Of a stretch of DNA of 64,000 nt, positions 25,400 to 39,241 are shown in pieces. Where the stretch lies: the NCBI GenBank assembly GCA_951406725.2, contig OX597820.1:114328001-114392000 (forward strand), written 5' to 3'. The position numbers were made by a program, and so were the translations under genes. Under the pieces are notes generated by a model. It was not told the origin of the DNA, searched no databases, and saw nothing but the letters and a program-made list of their open reading frames with translations. This stretch comes from Octopus vulgaris. Its lineage: Eukaryota. Within the stretch, counting starts at the first letter, position 1. Each line of letters begins with the position of its first letter.

Positions 25400-25950
25400 T
25401 TTTGGGGAAGGAACAGTCAATTATATCAACTCTGGTCCTTCCTTGATACTTATTTTATCAGCTTCAGAAGAATGAAAGGAAAAATCAATCCTGGCAAAAA
25501 TTCAGCTCAAAATGTAAAGTGACCCAATATTTTGACTGCCACTCTACTGAATTATTCATTCTAGTTTTGGCACAAAACCAGCTATTTTGAGAAGGAGAGG
25601 TAAGTAAATTGTGACTCCAGTACTTGGCTGGTACTTTATCGACCTTGAAAGATTGAAAGTAAAGTTGACCTCAGCAAGATGATAATAATAATAATAATAA
25701 TAATAATGGTTCCAAATTTGACACGAGGCTAGCATTTCTGAGGGGAAGGTTGTTAGTCAATACCATTGCTCCCATACATGACTGGTATTTTATCTAATAA
25801 TGAATAATGATTTCTTACATAGACATATGATGAACAAATTTTAAGAGAAGAGGAATGTTTGAATATATTGATTCTAATAACTGACTGGTATTTTATTTTT
25901 ATCAACCTCAAAAGAATGAAAGGAAAGTTGACTTTGGCAAGAATGACTGA
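25400..25950 (-). mobile_element. Family-A SINE cluster
   Basis: Repeated core motifs and (AAT)n spacer. Confidence 0.7.
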
Positions 25951-26647
25951 CATAAAACAAGGTTAGAAATGTTAATAATAATAACAACAATAATAAAAAA
26001 GAAAGCATGATGCATCTAGTTGCTGAAGACAGCATGCAACAGTGAAAAAGATAAAGTGCAATAAGAAAATATTTTTAAAACAACTGTAATGCAAACAGAT
26101 TTCAAATGAGATGATATTCTTCAATTTTCATGTTCTAACTCTGGAATAGAATAACAATGATTTGAGACTTGACAAACATCCATGCGTGTGTGTGTGTGTG
26201 TGTGTGTCTGCACACACACACACACACACACACCTGCACGTATATATTCAAAGCTGAGGATTCACTCCAGGAAAACATTAATTAGCTTCAAATAACTAAA
26301 AGGCTATAAGCACAATGGAAACTTTCTCTCCCACTCGTGCACCCCAACACATGAGTTTGATAGAAAGTGTAAGTATTGCTAAAAGCGCAACCGTATTCCA
26401 AATTTCATAATAAATATTGATTTTTTGCAAAGTAAGCTGCCCCCTATCACACAGATACACAATATATAGACAGACCAATAGATAGACAGATACAATGACA
26501 ACGATGATCTTTCATAGTCTGAGAAAGATGGTTCAGCAATTTCTTGCTGAACAACCTGTGCAAAGGATTTTATAGTAATCAAATGTTGCAGTAGCTCTCT
26601 CCCTTCATCAAATCAACATTGTCTGAACAGGTGCATAGTGTGCTACA

Positions 26648-26801
26648 GGCTACCAGAGGGCGCACACTCTCCTACCCTGATGTAATCTCCAGGGACACAG
26701 GCATCCAGCAACAGGATCTCCGTAATGCTATGATGGACCGTGAAGTCTGGCGTAACATAGTAAATTCCATCGTCTCAACCACGATCGAACAATGATGATG
26801 A
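26648..26801 (+). mobile_element. Short RTE/RTEX 3' end inserted into a tRNA-SINE
   Basis: Highly similar to 7581-7734; possible TSD tgctaca at 26641-26647 and 26802-26808. Confidence 0.85.
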
Positions 26802-26808
26802 TGCTACA

Positions 26809-26946
26809 TGTTAGGTGTTGAGATTGCAGAGCAACATGAGCTGAAGTCTTTTGCTAGAGACCATAAGGCACCACCTGGTCCAGGAATTGAAACCATGATC
26901 TCAAGATCACGAGTGCAACACCCTAACTACTAGGCTATGCGCCCCC
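26809..26946 (-). mobile_element. tRNA-derived SINE 5' half
   Basis: Minus strand: tagcctagtagttagggtgttgcactcgtgatc...ggtttcaattcctgg (A/B boxes). Confidence 0.7.
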
Positions 26947-28116
26947 ATATTTATATTTTCTAATTAATCAGAGAAGCTGCACATATGACATCACATGGTC
27001 ATCCCACTTTCAGAATAAGATTAAGATTGACATTTTTTGCATGTTTGTGTGTATGCATCAATAAATATGTGCTCATGTATAAACCTAAGTTTACATATGC
27101 ATGCACATCATGAACAATATTTGTGCTTACCAATTAACCACCACTTATGCAAACACACATAAATGCTTATTATTGCCAACCCCTATACACATGCACATAC
27201 ATCACAACACATCACTGTTAAATTTGAAATATAATTTCAAATTTAAAATACCATTATTCACACACACAGAAAAATGCTTTCAGTTCATCCTATGATTTCA
27301 CTGATTATGTCAAAGGAGGAAGATATGACCTTTAGCAGACCCAGAAATGCCTCTGTGTGTGTGTGTGTGTGTGTGAATTATTTATATACTGAGCATTCTG
27401 CAGCAAATATTTAAAACAATAATGCCAGCTGCTGAAGTAGGAGAATAAGGAAGGCTGGATGAAGAAACAGCAACAAATTACTGAGATTTATTTTCTTCCC
27501 ATCACAACATCACCAAGACACCCAATTTTCCTGTCAATCTGTCAGAAATTCAACACTGTTGATGTGAACTCCTGCTTCTTACTGGCCAAAGGGTTTTAGA
27601 CAATAAATAGTTTTATTTGAAGTTACAGCATCATTCCAGCATTCCTCTATATTTTTTATTACACTTATAACAGCAATGACTGATTGTGGTGGTAACAACA
27701 TACCTTGACTATTGCACTTTCAGCTTACCATAAATATGAATAAACTCTGTCACATATATGGGGGTACAGTTTCCTCAGATTAGGACACAAACTTATACAT
27801 CTATGTATGAATTTATATATGTGTGTGTGTGTGTGTGGTTTTATGTCAAATTATGTATAAGAGTTTAATATTAAACTGAAAGATTACTCTATACTTTTCA
27901 GTAGAGTATTAATTTATTAATTTTACAAGTAAACAGTTGACAATGGCTTCAAAGTTTCAGCTTGTTCATCATTGTCAGATGACATATATGTATGAATATA
28001 GATTTTTTTTTGAGACTGACAGTTTGTCTTGCAACTTGAGTTACATGCACCCGCGATTGTCAGGCAAGAGTAGCAGCATGAAACTCAAATCATGAGATAC
28101 ATTTTCAGCTTTAGTT

Positions 28117-28170
28117 TCAATAAAAATCATTTCCTCTACAACACGTTTTGAGCACTCCCCTCTCATTTGT
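28117..28170 (-). other. Candidate terminal exon (TNERGVLKTCCRGNDFY* in phase 0)
   Basis: gttgatttatttcAG acceptor with an upstream pyrimidine block; CpGs retained; phase-2 frame open to 28041. Confidence 0.3.
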
Positions 28171-28349
28171 CTGAAATAAATCAACATACAGACACATATA
28201 TGTGTAGAGAGAGTTGGGAGGGAAAATGAAAAGATGGGCCGATGGTCAAAAACAAGAATCATGGGCTTCACAAGTAAGTTGGTACATGGCCAAGAAGTGA
28301 AATCAATCCAATTTATGCCAGTATTGAATAAAGAAGTGAAGCACATGTA

Positions 28350-28720
28350 TAACTTGGCTTTGCAAGTGAAGATTTATGAGAGGGATGTCCATGTCTGTTG
28401 CAAGCTTGCTGATGCCTGATGTGTCCAATTTGGGACAAACAAGCATGACTGTAGAGGCTGTATGGGAAGTTAGACTGTTCAGCACTAGTTATAGTATCTT
28501 TGTGTTTACTCTGTTTTCTCTTGCCTGCAAGGATGACCCTGCAAATAGCTTCACAGGAGGATGTTACCTGGTGGACAGTGAGATGCTAGGCTTCATGGTC
28601 AGTGACAAGAGCAGACCACTGGTGGTGATCAATGTGGCAGGCACCAATGGAATTTCTTTAGAGAGTCCTTGTACCTCTTCTCTGATGTTCTTGTATCACA
28701 GTGTGATCTCAGGAAGTCGA
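28350..28720 (-). mobile_element. RTE (BovB-like) LINE 3' fragment, decayed
   Basis: Minus-strand frames KRYKDSLK..ACHIDHHQWSALV..HACLSQIGHI..HQQACNRHG, matching RTE C-termini with a degenerate Zn-finger-like motif. Confidence 0.75.
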
Positions 28721-28740
28721 TCTTACACACACACACACAT

Positions 28741-29097
28741 TCTTTTACTTGTTTCATTCATTTGACTGCAGCCATGCTGGAGCTGGAGCATGGTCTTAAA
28801 GGGTTTTAGTTGACTTATTCTTTGTAAACCTAGTACTTATTCTATCGAACTCTTTTGCTAAACTGCTAAGTTATGGGGACATAAACACATCAACATCGGT
28901 TGTCAAACAATAGCAGGGGGACAAACACAGTCACACACACACATACATGATGGACTTCTTTCTACCTACCAAATCCACTCACAAGGCTTTGGTCGGCCTG
29001 AGGCTATAGTAGAAGACACTTGCCCAAGGTGCAATGCAGTGGGACTGAACCCAGAACTATGTCATTGGGAAGCAAACTTCTTACCACACAGCCATGC

Positions 29098-29100
<3 letters not shown>
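28741..29100 (-). mobile_element. Family-B SINE, full length
   Basis: Colinear with 11905-12381. Confidence 0.9.
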
Positions 29101-29133
<33 letters not shown>

Positions 29134-29441
29134 TAGAGGGTTCAACAAAGAAGACCAGCGTTTTGTATCCTGTTGTTGACACCCAATTGTATCAATTGTC
29201 AGGACACTTGATTCTAAAATGACTCAGTCTACCTAGCTGATAACAAATACTAGAGCATATAAACAACTTCCTTTTCTAAGCATTGGCATAAAATGTTAAC
29301 TTGACAAGAGACTAATTCTCTTGCAGTGCAAAGAACAACTCTTCCAGTGGCTCTGAGGAAGGCATTCAGCACTCAAACACAGAACATTGTCCACCTATCA
29401 TATTGTTTAGCCATTAAATCCCGATACTGGTATGGATTATA

Positions 29442-29601
29442 TATTTCTTTACTACCCACAAGGGGCTAAACACAGAGGGGACAAACAAGGACAGACAATG
29501 GGATTAAGTCGATTACATCGACCCAAGTGCATAACTGGTACTTAATTTATTGACCCTGAAAGGATGAAAGGCAAAGTCAACCTCGGCGGAATTTGAACTC
29601 G
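29442..29601 (-). mobile_element. 5'-truncated family-A SINE variant with perfect 19-bp TSD
   Basis: TSD gatactggtatggattata at 29423-29441 and 29602-29620. Confidence 0.92.
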
Positions 29602-30244
29602 GATACTGGTATGGATTATAGCCTCTATGTAATGTTTGGAGTGTCCAACATTTTATTTTGTGTTAATCTCCACCACCACCATCTAGTTACCATTATCTCC
29701 ACTCTGAAAGTATTTTTACTCACTACATAGAGTGAATATGTCTGGTCATGGGGGAAATATTACCTTGCTTGGAAACAGGTGGGGATCAGCACCAGGAAGG
29801 ACATCCAGCTGTAGAAAATCTCCCTTGATTAAGTCCATCTGTTGTAGGCAAACATGGTTAAGTTGACATTAAAACAAAATGTAAACTATGATAAGTATTA
29901 AAACTATCATGCAAGCCATATTTACAGTAGATTTATTTTTCAGATGATGATGCTTGAACATGGTCACAGTCAACTAAATTGGAACCCCTAACGTGAGTAT
30001 CTTAACATAACATTTCTTGGGCTTTGAAGAATGAATGCAAGGAACTGTAGATACGACAGCCTTACATGACATATAAAATGGGATAAGATTAGAATTTCAC
30101 TTTTTTTTTTAGTGACTGTAAAACTGACCTTTTCCCTCTGATTTCATAATAATGTGAACAACAAATACATAATTTAAATTTATACTGATTGGCCAAGTAA
30201 ATTAATCTTACGCTGCTGTAAGATTAGTAATAATAATTATTTTT

Positions 30245-30553
30245 TCTAATTTTTGGTACCAGACCAGCAGTTTTAGGAGGAGGGGATTAGTTGATTACAT
30301 TGATCCACGTACTCGACAAGTACTTTATTTTATTGAACCTGAAAGGATGGACGGCAGAGTTGACCTCAGCAAGATTTGAACTTGGAATGGGAAGAGCTAG
30401 AAGAAATGCTGCTAAGCATTTCGTCCAATGCACTAACAAATCTGTCAGCTTGCTGCCAGTTTCAAATTTTGGCAGAAGGCCAGCAATTTTGAGGAGGGGA
30501 GGAGTCAATTATATTGACCACCAGTGTTCAACTGGTACAATTTTATCGACCCT
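30245..30553 (-). mobile_element. Tandem family-A SINE copies
   Basis: Core motifs present twice head-to-tail. Confidence 0.75.
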
Positions 30554-30745
30554 TTATGTGTATCATTCTAGATAGTGTGATTTAAGGATAATTTCAAGTA
30601 GGTCAAGTAGCTATGTAAAGGCTCTTTCAACTTTATTGGAAACACTTCCATATCTTCAGCAGTTAACTCAAGGTCACAAGTGTTTTGCTCTTTAGACTCT
30701 TCACAACCACAACAACCTTGAACCTTGTATATATATATGTATATA

Positions 30746-31018
30746 TATCACGTGACTGACCAGACCATCAGATGTTGCTACACATCGCTAGTCACAATGC
30801 GTCCACATTGTTTTAGCCTTCGAATGACGCCACCCCGCTGGCTAAGCAAGCAGGCCAACAGAAGAAAGAATGGTGAAAGAGTACAGCAGGGATCACCACC
30901 CCATGCTGGAGCCTCATGGAGCTTTTAGGTGTTTTCACTCGATAAACACTCACAATGCCCGGTCTGGGATCGAAATCACGAGTCCGCTGCCCTAACCACT
31001 GGGCCATTGAGCCTCCAC
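30746..31018 (-). mobile_element. Family-C tRNA-SINE, second tail type
   Basis: Same head as 5480-5641; unrelated tail at 30746-30870; inserted in (TA)n. Confidence 0.85.
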
Positions 31019-31843
31019 ATATATATATATATATATATATATCATCAACATTATCAATGTTGGAATGAGCTGGGCAGTTTGACAAGATCTAAAATGTCAG
31101 AGGACTGTGTTGAGCTCCAACGTCTATTTTGGCATGATATCTATGAGTGGATGCCCTACCTCGTGCCGACCACTTTACAGTGTGTGTGTATATATACAGA
31201 TACACGCAAATAATCATGACTATTGTTTTAATGTCTATTTTTCTATTCTTGCATGGTTCACACAATTTGTTGAGGCAGATTTTCTATGGTTGTCACTCAT
31301 TTTGGATTATTTTAATGGAAAATTGCAAACAAATAACACTGTTTGAATGACAGGAAAAGAAGGGCATCTGGTTGTAAAACAATGTCTCATTTCATCTAAC
31401 TCATGCTAGCAACAACCGCACACACACATCAAAAATCAACAAGAGAGCCTCTACAGGTTCTGTCAGATCAAGAGAAATAGCAGCCAAATTTCCTTTAAAT
31501 CAAACACATCCATCATAAAGAAAGAATAATATTCAAGACTACGTAAAGCTCCAGCAGAGACAGTCTTGTAGCCTAACCATACTTCTGTTGAAATATGTCA
31601 CCTTTATTTTAATCAATTTTGAAAATAATGAAAAGCTTAGTAAAATAACTTTACCATTATTAAGTCGGCGTTTTGAATATAAATGAACACAAACTATTGA
31701 TGGAAGATTTTAATTAAATTGCTTTAAAGCAGGAAGTCTGTAGAACCAAGGGTGGTCTCACACAGGCTGGTATTTAAGAAAAGGGTGAAATATACTTTAA
31801 AATGAACTTAATTTATCTATAATCTATAGCTTCGGTATCTTAA

Positions 31844-31960
31844 TTAATAGACACTGCAAGTGAATGCACAGATATGCAAATGAGAATAATTAGTGCCTGT
31901 TAATAGACACTGCAAGTGAATGCACAGATATGCAAATGAGAATAATTAGTGCCTGTTAAT
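31844..31960. repeat. Perfect 56-bp tandem duplication containing ATGCAAAT
   Basis: ttaatagacactgcaagtgaatgcacagatatgcaaatgagaataattagtgcctg twice, plus ttaat. Confidence 0.95.
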
Positions 31961-33204
31961 CATTGCAATCTTTGTAAGCAAGCTGTATTTTGCTTGCTCT
32001 GAATAGGATGAACATGCGAAGACACTTCATAAACAGTTGAAAGTAGGAGCTGTTCTCTAGTTTGTTCTACAGAAACAGCACTAAGGCTTCACCACAGGGT
32101 CACTTAAACACAGAGGTTGAATATATTCCTCAATCATTGGACAGTGTAGTTTTATATACAGAATGTATCTAATGATAACAGAACACTCAAACACAAAAAT
32201 TGCTTGTTCAAGGCCAGAACACTGATTAGAGATCTGCTCAATCAAGGAATTTGTCGTCATCATCATCATCATTGCTTTAATGTCCACTTTTCCATGCTTG
32301 TATGGGTCAGAAAGAATTTACTGAGGTACATTTTCTACAGCTGGATGTCCTTTTTGTCACCAATCCTCACACACACACACACACACATACAATGGGCTTC
32401 TTTCAGTTTAATCTACCAAATTCACTCACATGGCTCAGCGCTAGTGTAGGAAGCACTTGTCCAAGGTGCCATGCAGTGAAACTGAATCCAAAACAAGGTG
32501 GTTGGGGAGCAAATTTCTTAACTGCATATCCGTACCTGCATACATATTTGTATGTGTCTGTATGCGTGTGTGTGTGCATATTTTACACACACATACTGTA
32601 CTGTAACACATCATGGTTTTGGCACCTTTTGATAGTGTCACTTACTCTAATAGTTCCGAGCATCACTGATGCTGGGTGTTTACATCTTGAATTCTTTTGG
32701 CTTACATTATTATAAATTTTTAATCTCTTCTTGTTATCTTTGCAGCCACCACACTAACCCAGAGGAAGCTGCAACAACCCCAACAATGAAATTATACCTT
32801 GAGGATATATACAAATATATGCATAAATATATTAACACCTTTACATCTATTTTCCCAGGCTTGCATAGGAAAAAGGGTCTTCCTCAGAACAGTCTTTCAT
32901 TACTTGTTGGATCCTCAGTGAAACTCCAACTTTTGAGATTAGCTTTCAACATGTTTTCCTATATCTTCTTCAATTTTTTTCTTCCACAGGTTCCTTTCAA
33001 TTAGATAACTCGGTATTTATTTACTATCATTCTCCAAATGCATGACATGTCCATATCAACACAATATTTGCTCTTGTACACCGATTCCTCAATTGACTTA
33101 GTTGATTTCTGTGCCCTCATTCACAGATACTAAACTTACACATCCAGTCGAGTGTACTCATTTTTTTCCCAGCTATCACTTATTTTATACATTTTTGTTA
33201 CCAT

Positions 33205-33285
33205 TCAAACCACTAAGTGACAGGGACGTAAACACACCAGCATCGGTTGTCAATCAATGCTAGGGGGACAAACACAGACATAGAA

Positions 33286-33334
<49 letters not shown>

Positions 33335-33500
33335 TACGACAGGCTTCTTTCAGTTTCCGTCTACCAAATCCACTCACAAGGCATTGGTTGGCCCAGGGCT
33401 ATAGCAGAAGACACTTGCCCAAGATGCCACGCAGTGGAACTGAACCCGGAACCATGTGGTTGGTTAGCAAGCTACTTTCCACACAGCCACTCCTACGCCT
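33205..33500 (-). mobile_element. Family-B SINE, 3'-truncated
   Basis: Colinear with 12015-12381. Confidence 0.88.
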
Positions 33501-34849
33501 ATATATATACACATAAAAAAAACATATATGTATGTACAGAGCTGTGCCTCCCCCATTTCCTCTGGAAGATATCCTTACCACTCATCATATCTGTCAGCAG
33601 TATTCTACTGCTCTAAGTAAATGTGTAGTGAACTGCATATTTCAACAGCTTTCCCCCAATACCACTTATCCTTCATACTATAACTATTTTACTCCTAATC
33701 CATCCTTCATTCTCAAAACTGTCCTCTCCACCCACTTTTACGCTGATCACTCAACCACACAGTTTCTCTCATCCTCCCTTATTCCTCACCTGTCTAGTGT
33801 ATCATTATAACTATTCTGTTGCTCTTCATCTATCCTTTCATGGTCAGTCATTTCCTACTCTCCACTCCATATATATCATTGAATACCTCCACCATTCATT
33901 ACATCCACTCCCAATGCTATCAAATTTTAACAGTTGTCACCTACTCTCCCCTACCTTCTCTAGTTATCATCCCTCAATACCTGTTCTTCATTATTTTCAC
34001 CCCTATTCCATTCCTATCTCTAACCGTCTTTTGTACTTCTATACATTCTTACAACCTCTACCCACTGACATTCTCTGTTCCCATCCACTTCTAACCACCT
34101 CGTTCTTTAAATCACCACTATTTTATCTCTTTAGTTACATAACTCTCTTCTGCGACAAGAAGTCTATTCTCTTCTGGCAATTTTCTCATACTTTACTCCC
34201 TCATCTCTAAGCAGAAAGCCACCTACTTCGACAGAAGCCCCACTCAGATGACTCAGTTGAAGGGGATCTTAGTCTTGTGGCTGAATGATAACTTCACTAG
34301 TGCTGTTATCACACATATAAACATACACATCTATACACATGCACACAAAGTCATATACACATACACTTGAAGTTTTTCAGTATTGAACTGCATGTTTTTT
34401 GCAGTTCACTTGTTTATTGCGTTCATGTTTTTCTATAGTTTTGAGTTATCATCAGTGTCCTTGGCTGGCTGTGGTACGTTTGTATCATCATCATACCTGG
34501 TAAAAATGGCTGACTGTATGACTGAAGGCAAGCTTGAGAGCCACTGTGAACAATAATGGTTTTAATACTACTTATTATTTTATATTTATCATTCTTTTTA
34601 TACTTTTTGGAAAAAATTTTTTTATATATATGTATATATATTATTTATATATATATCTATATATATATATATATTAATTATATTTATATTATTTGTTATT
34701 TATGTATTGGTTTATGTCTATCACTGTTTGAGTTGCCTAATAGTGGTTTTATCTCTAATTCATATTTTATATATATATATATATATATAAAACACACACA
34801 CACGTTTTTAGTTGCTGAATCTGGAGGAAAGAACAGTGTGTAAGCCCAA

Positions 34850-36750
34850 TTAGGCCTACCTTGACTCATGAGCTTGATACTGTTAATGTGCCATTTTAAC
34901 CATAGTGAGTCCACACCTGCAGGAAAGACATAGGCAAGGAAGATATTCCAGAAGGATGATGTTCTGAGGAAAAAAGAATTGGTATAATGATTAGCACAGG
35001 GTCTGGATGCTGACCCCATCATGGACGACAAGATGTAGAGAAACATGAGTCAAGCTTTCTTTGTGGAGGAAGTACAAACCCATTTAACTCCAAAAAACAG
35101 GGATTGGGCCATAGGCTAGAGTATGTGTTGAGTGATTTAATGCTTATCAGTTGAGTGGTTCTTCTCTATTTGCAGTACCCTATTGTACCCAGGACATAAT
35201 GTTTGGGGGTATGACTAATTTGCATCTGGTAGTGGGAACCTGGTTCAGGTATTCCAGAGTTTTAAGGATTCTGAAACCATCCACTGGCCCCTACTGTTCC
35301 AAGGTGTACTCTGATCTAGAGTAGTAGCACCTTTCAGGGCCCCAGCAATAGGTGAATTAGCATATTAGGACTTGCCTGCCTATGCATGTGAAGACTGGGT
35401 GTGGTAGAAGCCTTCATGGTTCAGTGGAAAAGCAGATTCTGCAGCAATGAATTGTGGAGTGCAGAGAGCAACAGGAGACAAATAAGACATATTGGTCATC
35501 CATTGCTTCCCTCACCATTCCTGGTCAATTTGACTTAGACCTGTGAGGTTGATGGTGTGCAACTCTTGACTTTGTTTTAAAGTCACAGTCTAAGTCATCC
35601 AGAAGAATGACTAGATGGTCCTCATTTCTCTAATGAATAAACATTATTGTGGGCCATACTTGAGTGGTAGTAGTTGCTGGAAGCTAAATTATTTTCTGGC
35701 ACTGAGAAGAGCCATTTTGAGGAATGCAGTGTTAGTTATATTATGGATGCTTTTCTTGAGAGCTTTCCTCAGTGTTAGTAAGGCCCAGCATTTGGAACAA
35801 CTGTGAGGTTTCCCATTAAAAGCTGCTCTTTATATAGGCGGGGATGTATGGTATGATAGTAATTTTTGTATGAACAATGCTTGAGTTTTTTACTGTTAAA
35901 AGAGACAAAAGTAGGCCTCCATTTGAGGATGCACTAAAGGTCTTTGTACACAGAATCAGTGCAGGTTTGGCATGCATTATCTACAGGTCCTTGACATAGA
36001 GAAGGGAGTGGGACAGAAAGCTCTGGAGCAATGATGCAATTAAATAGGAAGCTAGCAATCTAAGATATGAGAGATGGGTGAAGTAGTAAGTTTTAGTAGA
36101 TTTGCATGCCAGACAGTCAAATGCATTGCTGATGTCTCAAGCAACAACATTGCTTTCACTAAACTTCTCTAAAATGAGACCCTACTACTGAATGACACAA
36201 GAGAGTAGATCTCCAGGATCTGGTTCTGTTGAAGTTGTACAAGTGGTCACCGAGGAAAGAGAATATTTTAAGATGTTGGAGAACATCTTTGTCATTGCCT
36301 GTCTTCATTATTTTAGAAATGTCAGCAGTGAGAGCAATAGGATGATATCTGCCTGAGTCAAAGAAGTTGCCTTTCTTTGAAATAATATACACTGCAATCT
36401 GCTTCCAAATGTCAGGTTATAACATTGTAGAGAGCAAGAGTTTGATGAGTAAAGGAGCAAGTTCTGGAGTGCAATGAAAGGGATAATGGAACTATTATTA
36501 AACTTGGTATGTGAATATGTGAGTTGGGGAGCCTGAAGGAGACAAGGGAGAAGACCTGGAGGGGATTGGCCAAAAGTGTGTAGTGTGGAGCTGGATGCAA
36601 AGTGGGCAATGAAGGTAGAGGTTTGCTACCTGGGGATATTGCTCAAGGTGGAGAAGAGGGTTCTGTAGAGTTTGTGAAGATTTGGCAAGGAACCAGAAGG
36701 ACTGGCTGAAGTTTGGGAGTCAAGAATGTCTGAGGACTGTGCAATATATG
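34850..36750 (-). mobile_element. Decayed CR1/Jockey-group LINE (RT domain and C-terminus fragments)
   Basis: KKGNFFDSGRYHPIALTADISKIMK..LGDHLYNFNRTRS (RT N-terminal motifs) at ~36200-36390; YTNSFFLRTSSFWNIFLAYVFP (C-terminal motif) at ~34900-35000. Confidence 0.75.
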
Positions 36751-39145
36751 AAAACTAGACAGTGATCTCACAAGGGTTGCACTGCTGGATAAATGCAACC
36801 CAGTTTTCAGTAGTGGATGAGATTCTCCATGCTTTGCAGCCTTGTTTTTACTTGAACTGTTGCAGAGAGACTATGAGTGAACCATTTGAGATGTTGAGTT
36901 GTTCTTGTTCATTATCATCATCAGTTAACATCCATTTTCCATGTTGGCATGGGTTAGGTAGTCCAACAGAAGCTGGTAAGCCAGAGGACTGCATCAGGCT
37001 CTCCAATGTCTGCTTTGGCATTTCAGCGGCTGCATGCCCTTCCTAACACTGGTGTGTATACTTGTTTGTCTGTTTTTATGTTCATTCTTCCAATGATAGC
37101 ATGGGTTAGATGACTATATAATAGAGGCATTGTTTTACAGCTGGATGCCCCTTCTGTTACCTTACCTGTTTTTCAATTGAGGCATCTCTTATTCCACACA
37201 TCTTTGAAAGCACAAAGACAGTGGACGATTTGTTGACAGAGGAAATGGCAACAATGTTACCATTTGCCGCTCAGAAATTTTTTGAGAAGCGTAAATGTAA
37301 ACTTAGACAGACGCATTCACACACCATTTTAATGTTTACTTTTCAGGCTTGCGCGCATCAGATTAAATTTGTCAGGGCAGATTCCATATGGCCTGATGTC
37401 CTTTCCGTCACTAATCCTCATCTATTCCAAAGTCAAGTAATGTTTCCTTAAGGCAGAATACGCTTTTTGGCAAAATTGCAAATAAACGTCACCATTTGGA
37501 TGACAATGATGCTCCTTTACAACCATCACACTATATCAAAACAAGGGCACACACACACAAGATGGGCTTCTTTCAGTTTTCATCGTCCAGATCCACCTAC
37601 AAGTTTTGGTTGGCTCAGCGCTATAGCAGAATGCACTTACCCAAGGTGGTGTGCAATAGGACTGAAGTCAAAACCATACAGTTGGGAAGTGAGCCTCTGA
37701 ACTACACAGCTATGCCTAATCCTAAAAATATGGCTATGGTTTTTCTTCCTTGCTAAGTTATACACACATATACACTGTTTTTCAGTGTACCTTAGGTATG
37801 AAGGTGTCTTCAACCTACATGTTTGCATAGAATTCTTGCAACAAGTGGACTCCAGTGATGGTACCCAAAGACCAGCTGGTGGTGTAAAACTAGTTGATAG
37901 TCTATCACCTAACAGACTATGGTGGTATCCCAGAATGTAAAGAACTGGATCAAATATCACAAGGCATTTTGTCTGATATTCCAGTAATTCTGCAGGGCAT
38001 TTTTGTCAGATGCTATAACAACTCTGGCAATTTGCAGGTATATGTATGTGAATGCTGTTTCTAGCAAGACATCTTCTGAACATAATATAGAAAAAGAAAT
38101 AAAAAGAAAAGGCTGTGTTTACATTCCTGGTGAGAATTATGTCCTGTAGCTCTGTGCTCTTGAAGTAATGGAATTAAAAAAAAAAAGACTTCCTTGCAAA
38201 ACAGAAAAGGCTTGGTAACAAGAAGAGCATTCAGCAGGAAAAAAATTCTGCCTCAAATAAGTACTCATCCAACCTATGCCAGCATAGAAAAATGGATGTA
38301 AAATGAACCAACAGATTTATACACACACACACACACACACACATACAAACACAAGTGCAGGCAAAGCTTGCTTCCTAATCATGTGATTTCAGGTTCAGAT
38401 CTAGTGCTTGGGTGTCTTCAACTTTAGCCACAGGTCAACCAAAGCCTTGTGAATGAATTTGGTTGATTGAAACTGAAAGAAGCCTGTTACATGCATGTGA
38501 GAGCTTGTATGTATTGTTGTCTTCTGGTGGTCATAAATGGACATCACCATCACAAAAACAGCAGCATGCATTTCCAATCTTCTGTGAAAAACAGGTGAGA
38601 ATTAGCAGCAGGAAGGGCATCTGAATGTAGAAAATTTGACTAAATACCACGATGCATTATTGTTCCATGCATCTCAGTCTTGCTTCAGGTAACAACTGAG
38701 CAGTAAAGTTCAATTTCCTCAGATCCTAACTCTAATATTTCCTTCCAAGTTCTCTTTCAACAAGTTTTCATATTTTTTCCTCTCTGCTAATTATCAATAT
38801 AATAAGTTTTGTAATCACACATATAGGCATACCACTAGAACCATAAAAACAGACCAAGATGTTACAGTCTTGTATACAATTATACTGCAAGGGGCACTCG
38901 GACAAGACAAAAGTTTTTGTTTTTTTGGTTACACATTTCTGGAAGATTCTTGTGGATCATTTCCTTATCTCAGTGACTGGAATTTAAATAAGGTAGAAAA
39001 TACTTAACAAAGGAACAAAAGACCCATCTTGGATACACAGTTTTATTTCATAAAACACAGAATTAGGACTTTTTATTTGATTTATTTTTTTCATTTTGAT
39101 TTTTTTTATTCTTAAGTTATCAGCCCTGACATTTAAAGCAATCAT

Positions 39146-39148
<3 letters not shown>

Positions 39149-39239
<91 letters not shown>
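39149..39239. repeat. (AG)n microsatellite, about 45 units
   Basis: Direct reading. Confidence 0.97.

Positions 39240-39241
<2 letters not shown>

Noticed and set aside
26185-26233. (TG)n/(CA)n hairpin
   Set aside because: Inverted microsatellites are expected at this repeat density.
28376-28765. 129-aa plus-strand ORF
   Set aside because: Antisense to a decayed RTE LINE fragment.
33532-34210. Overlapping His/Ser/Leu/Pro-rich ORFs
   Set aside because: Explained by G-poor composition reducing stop codons.
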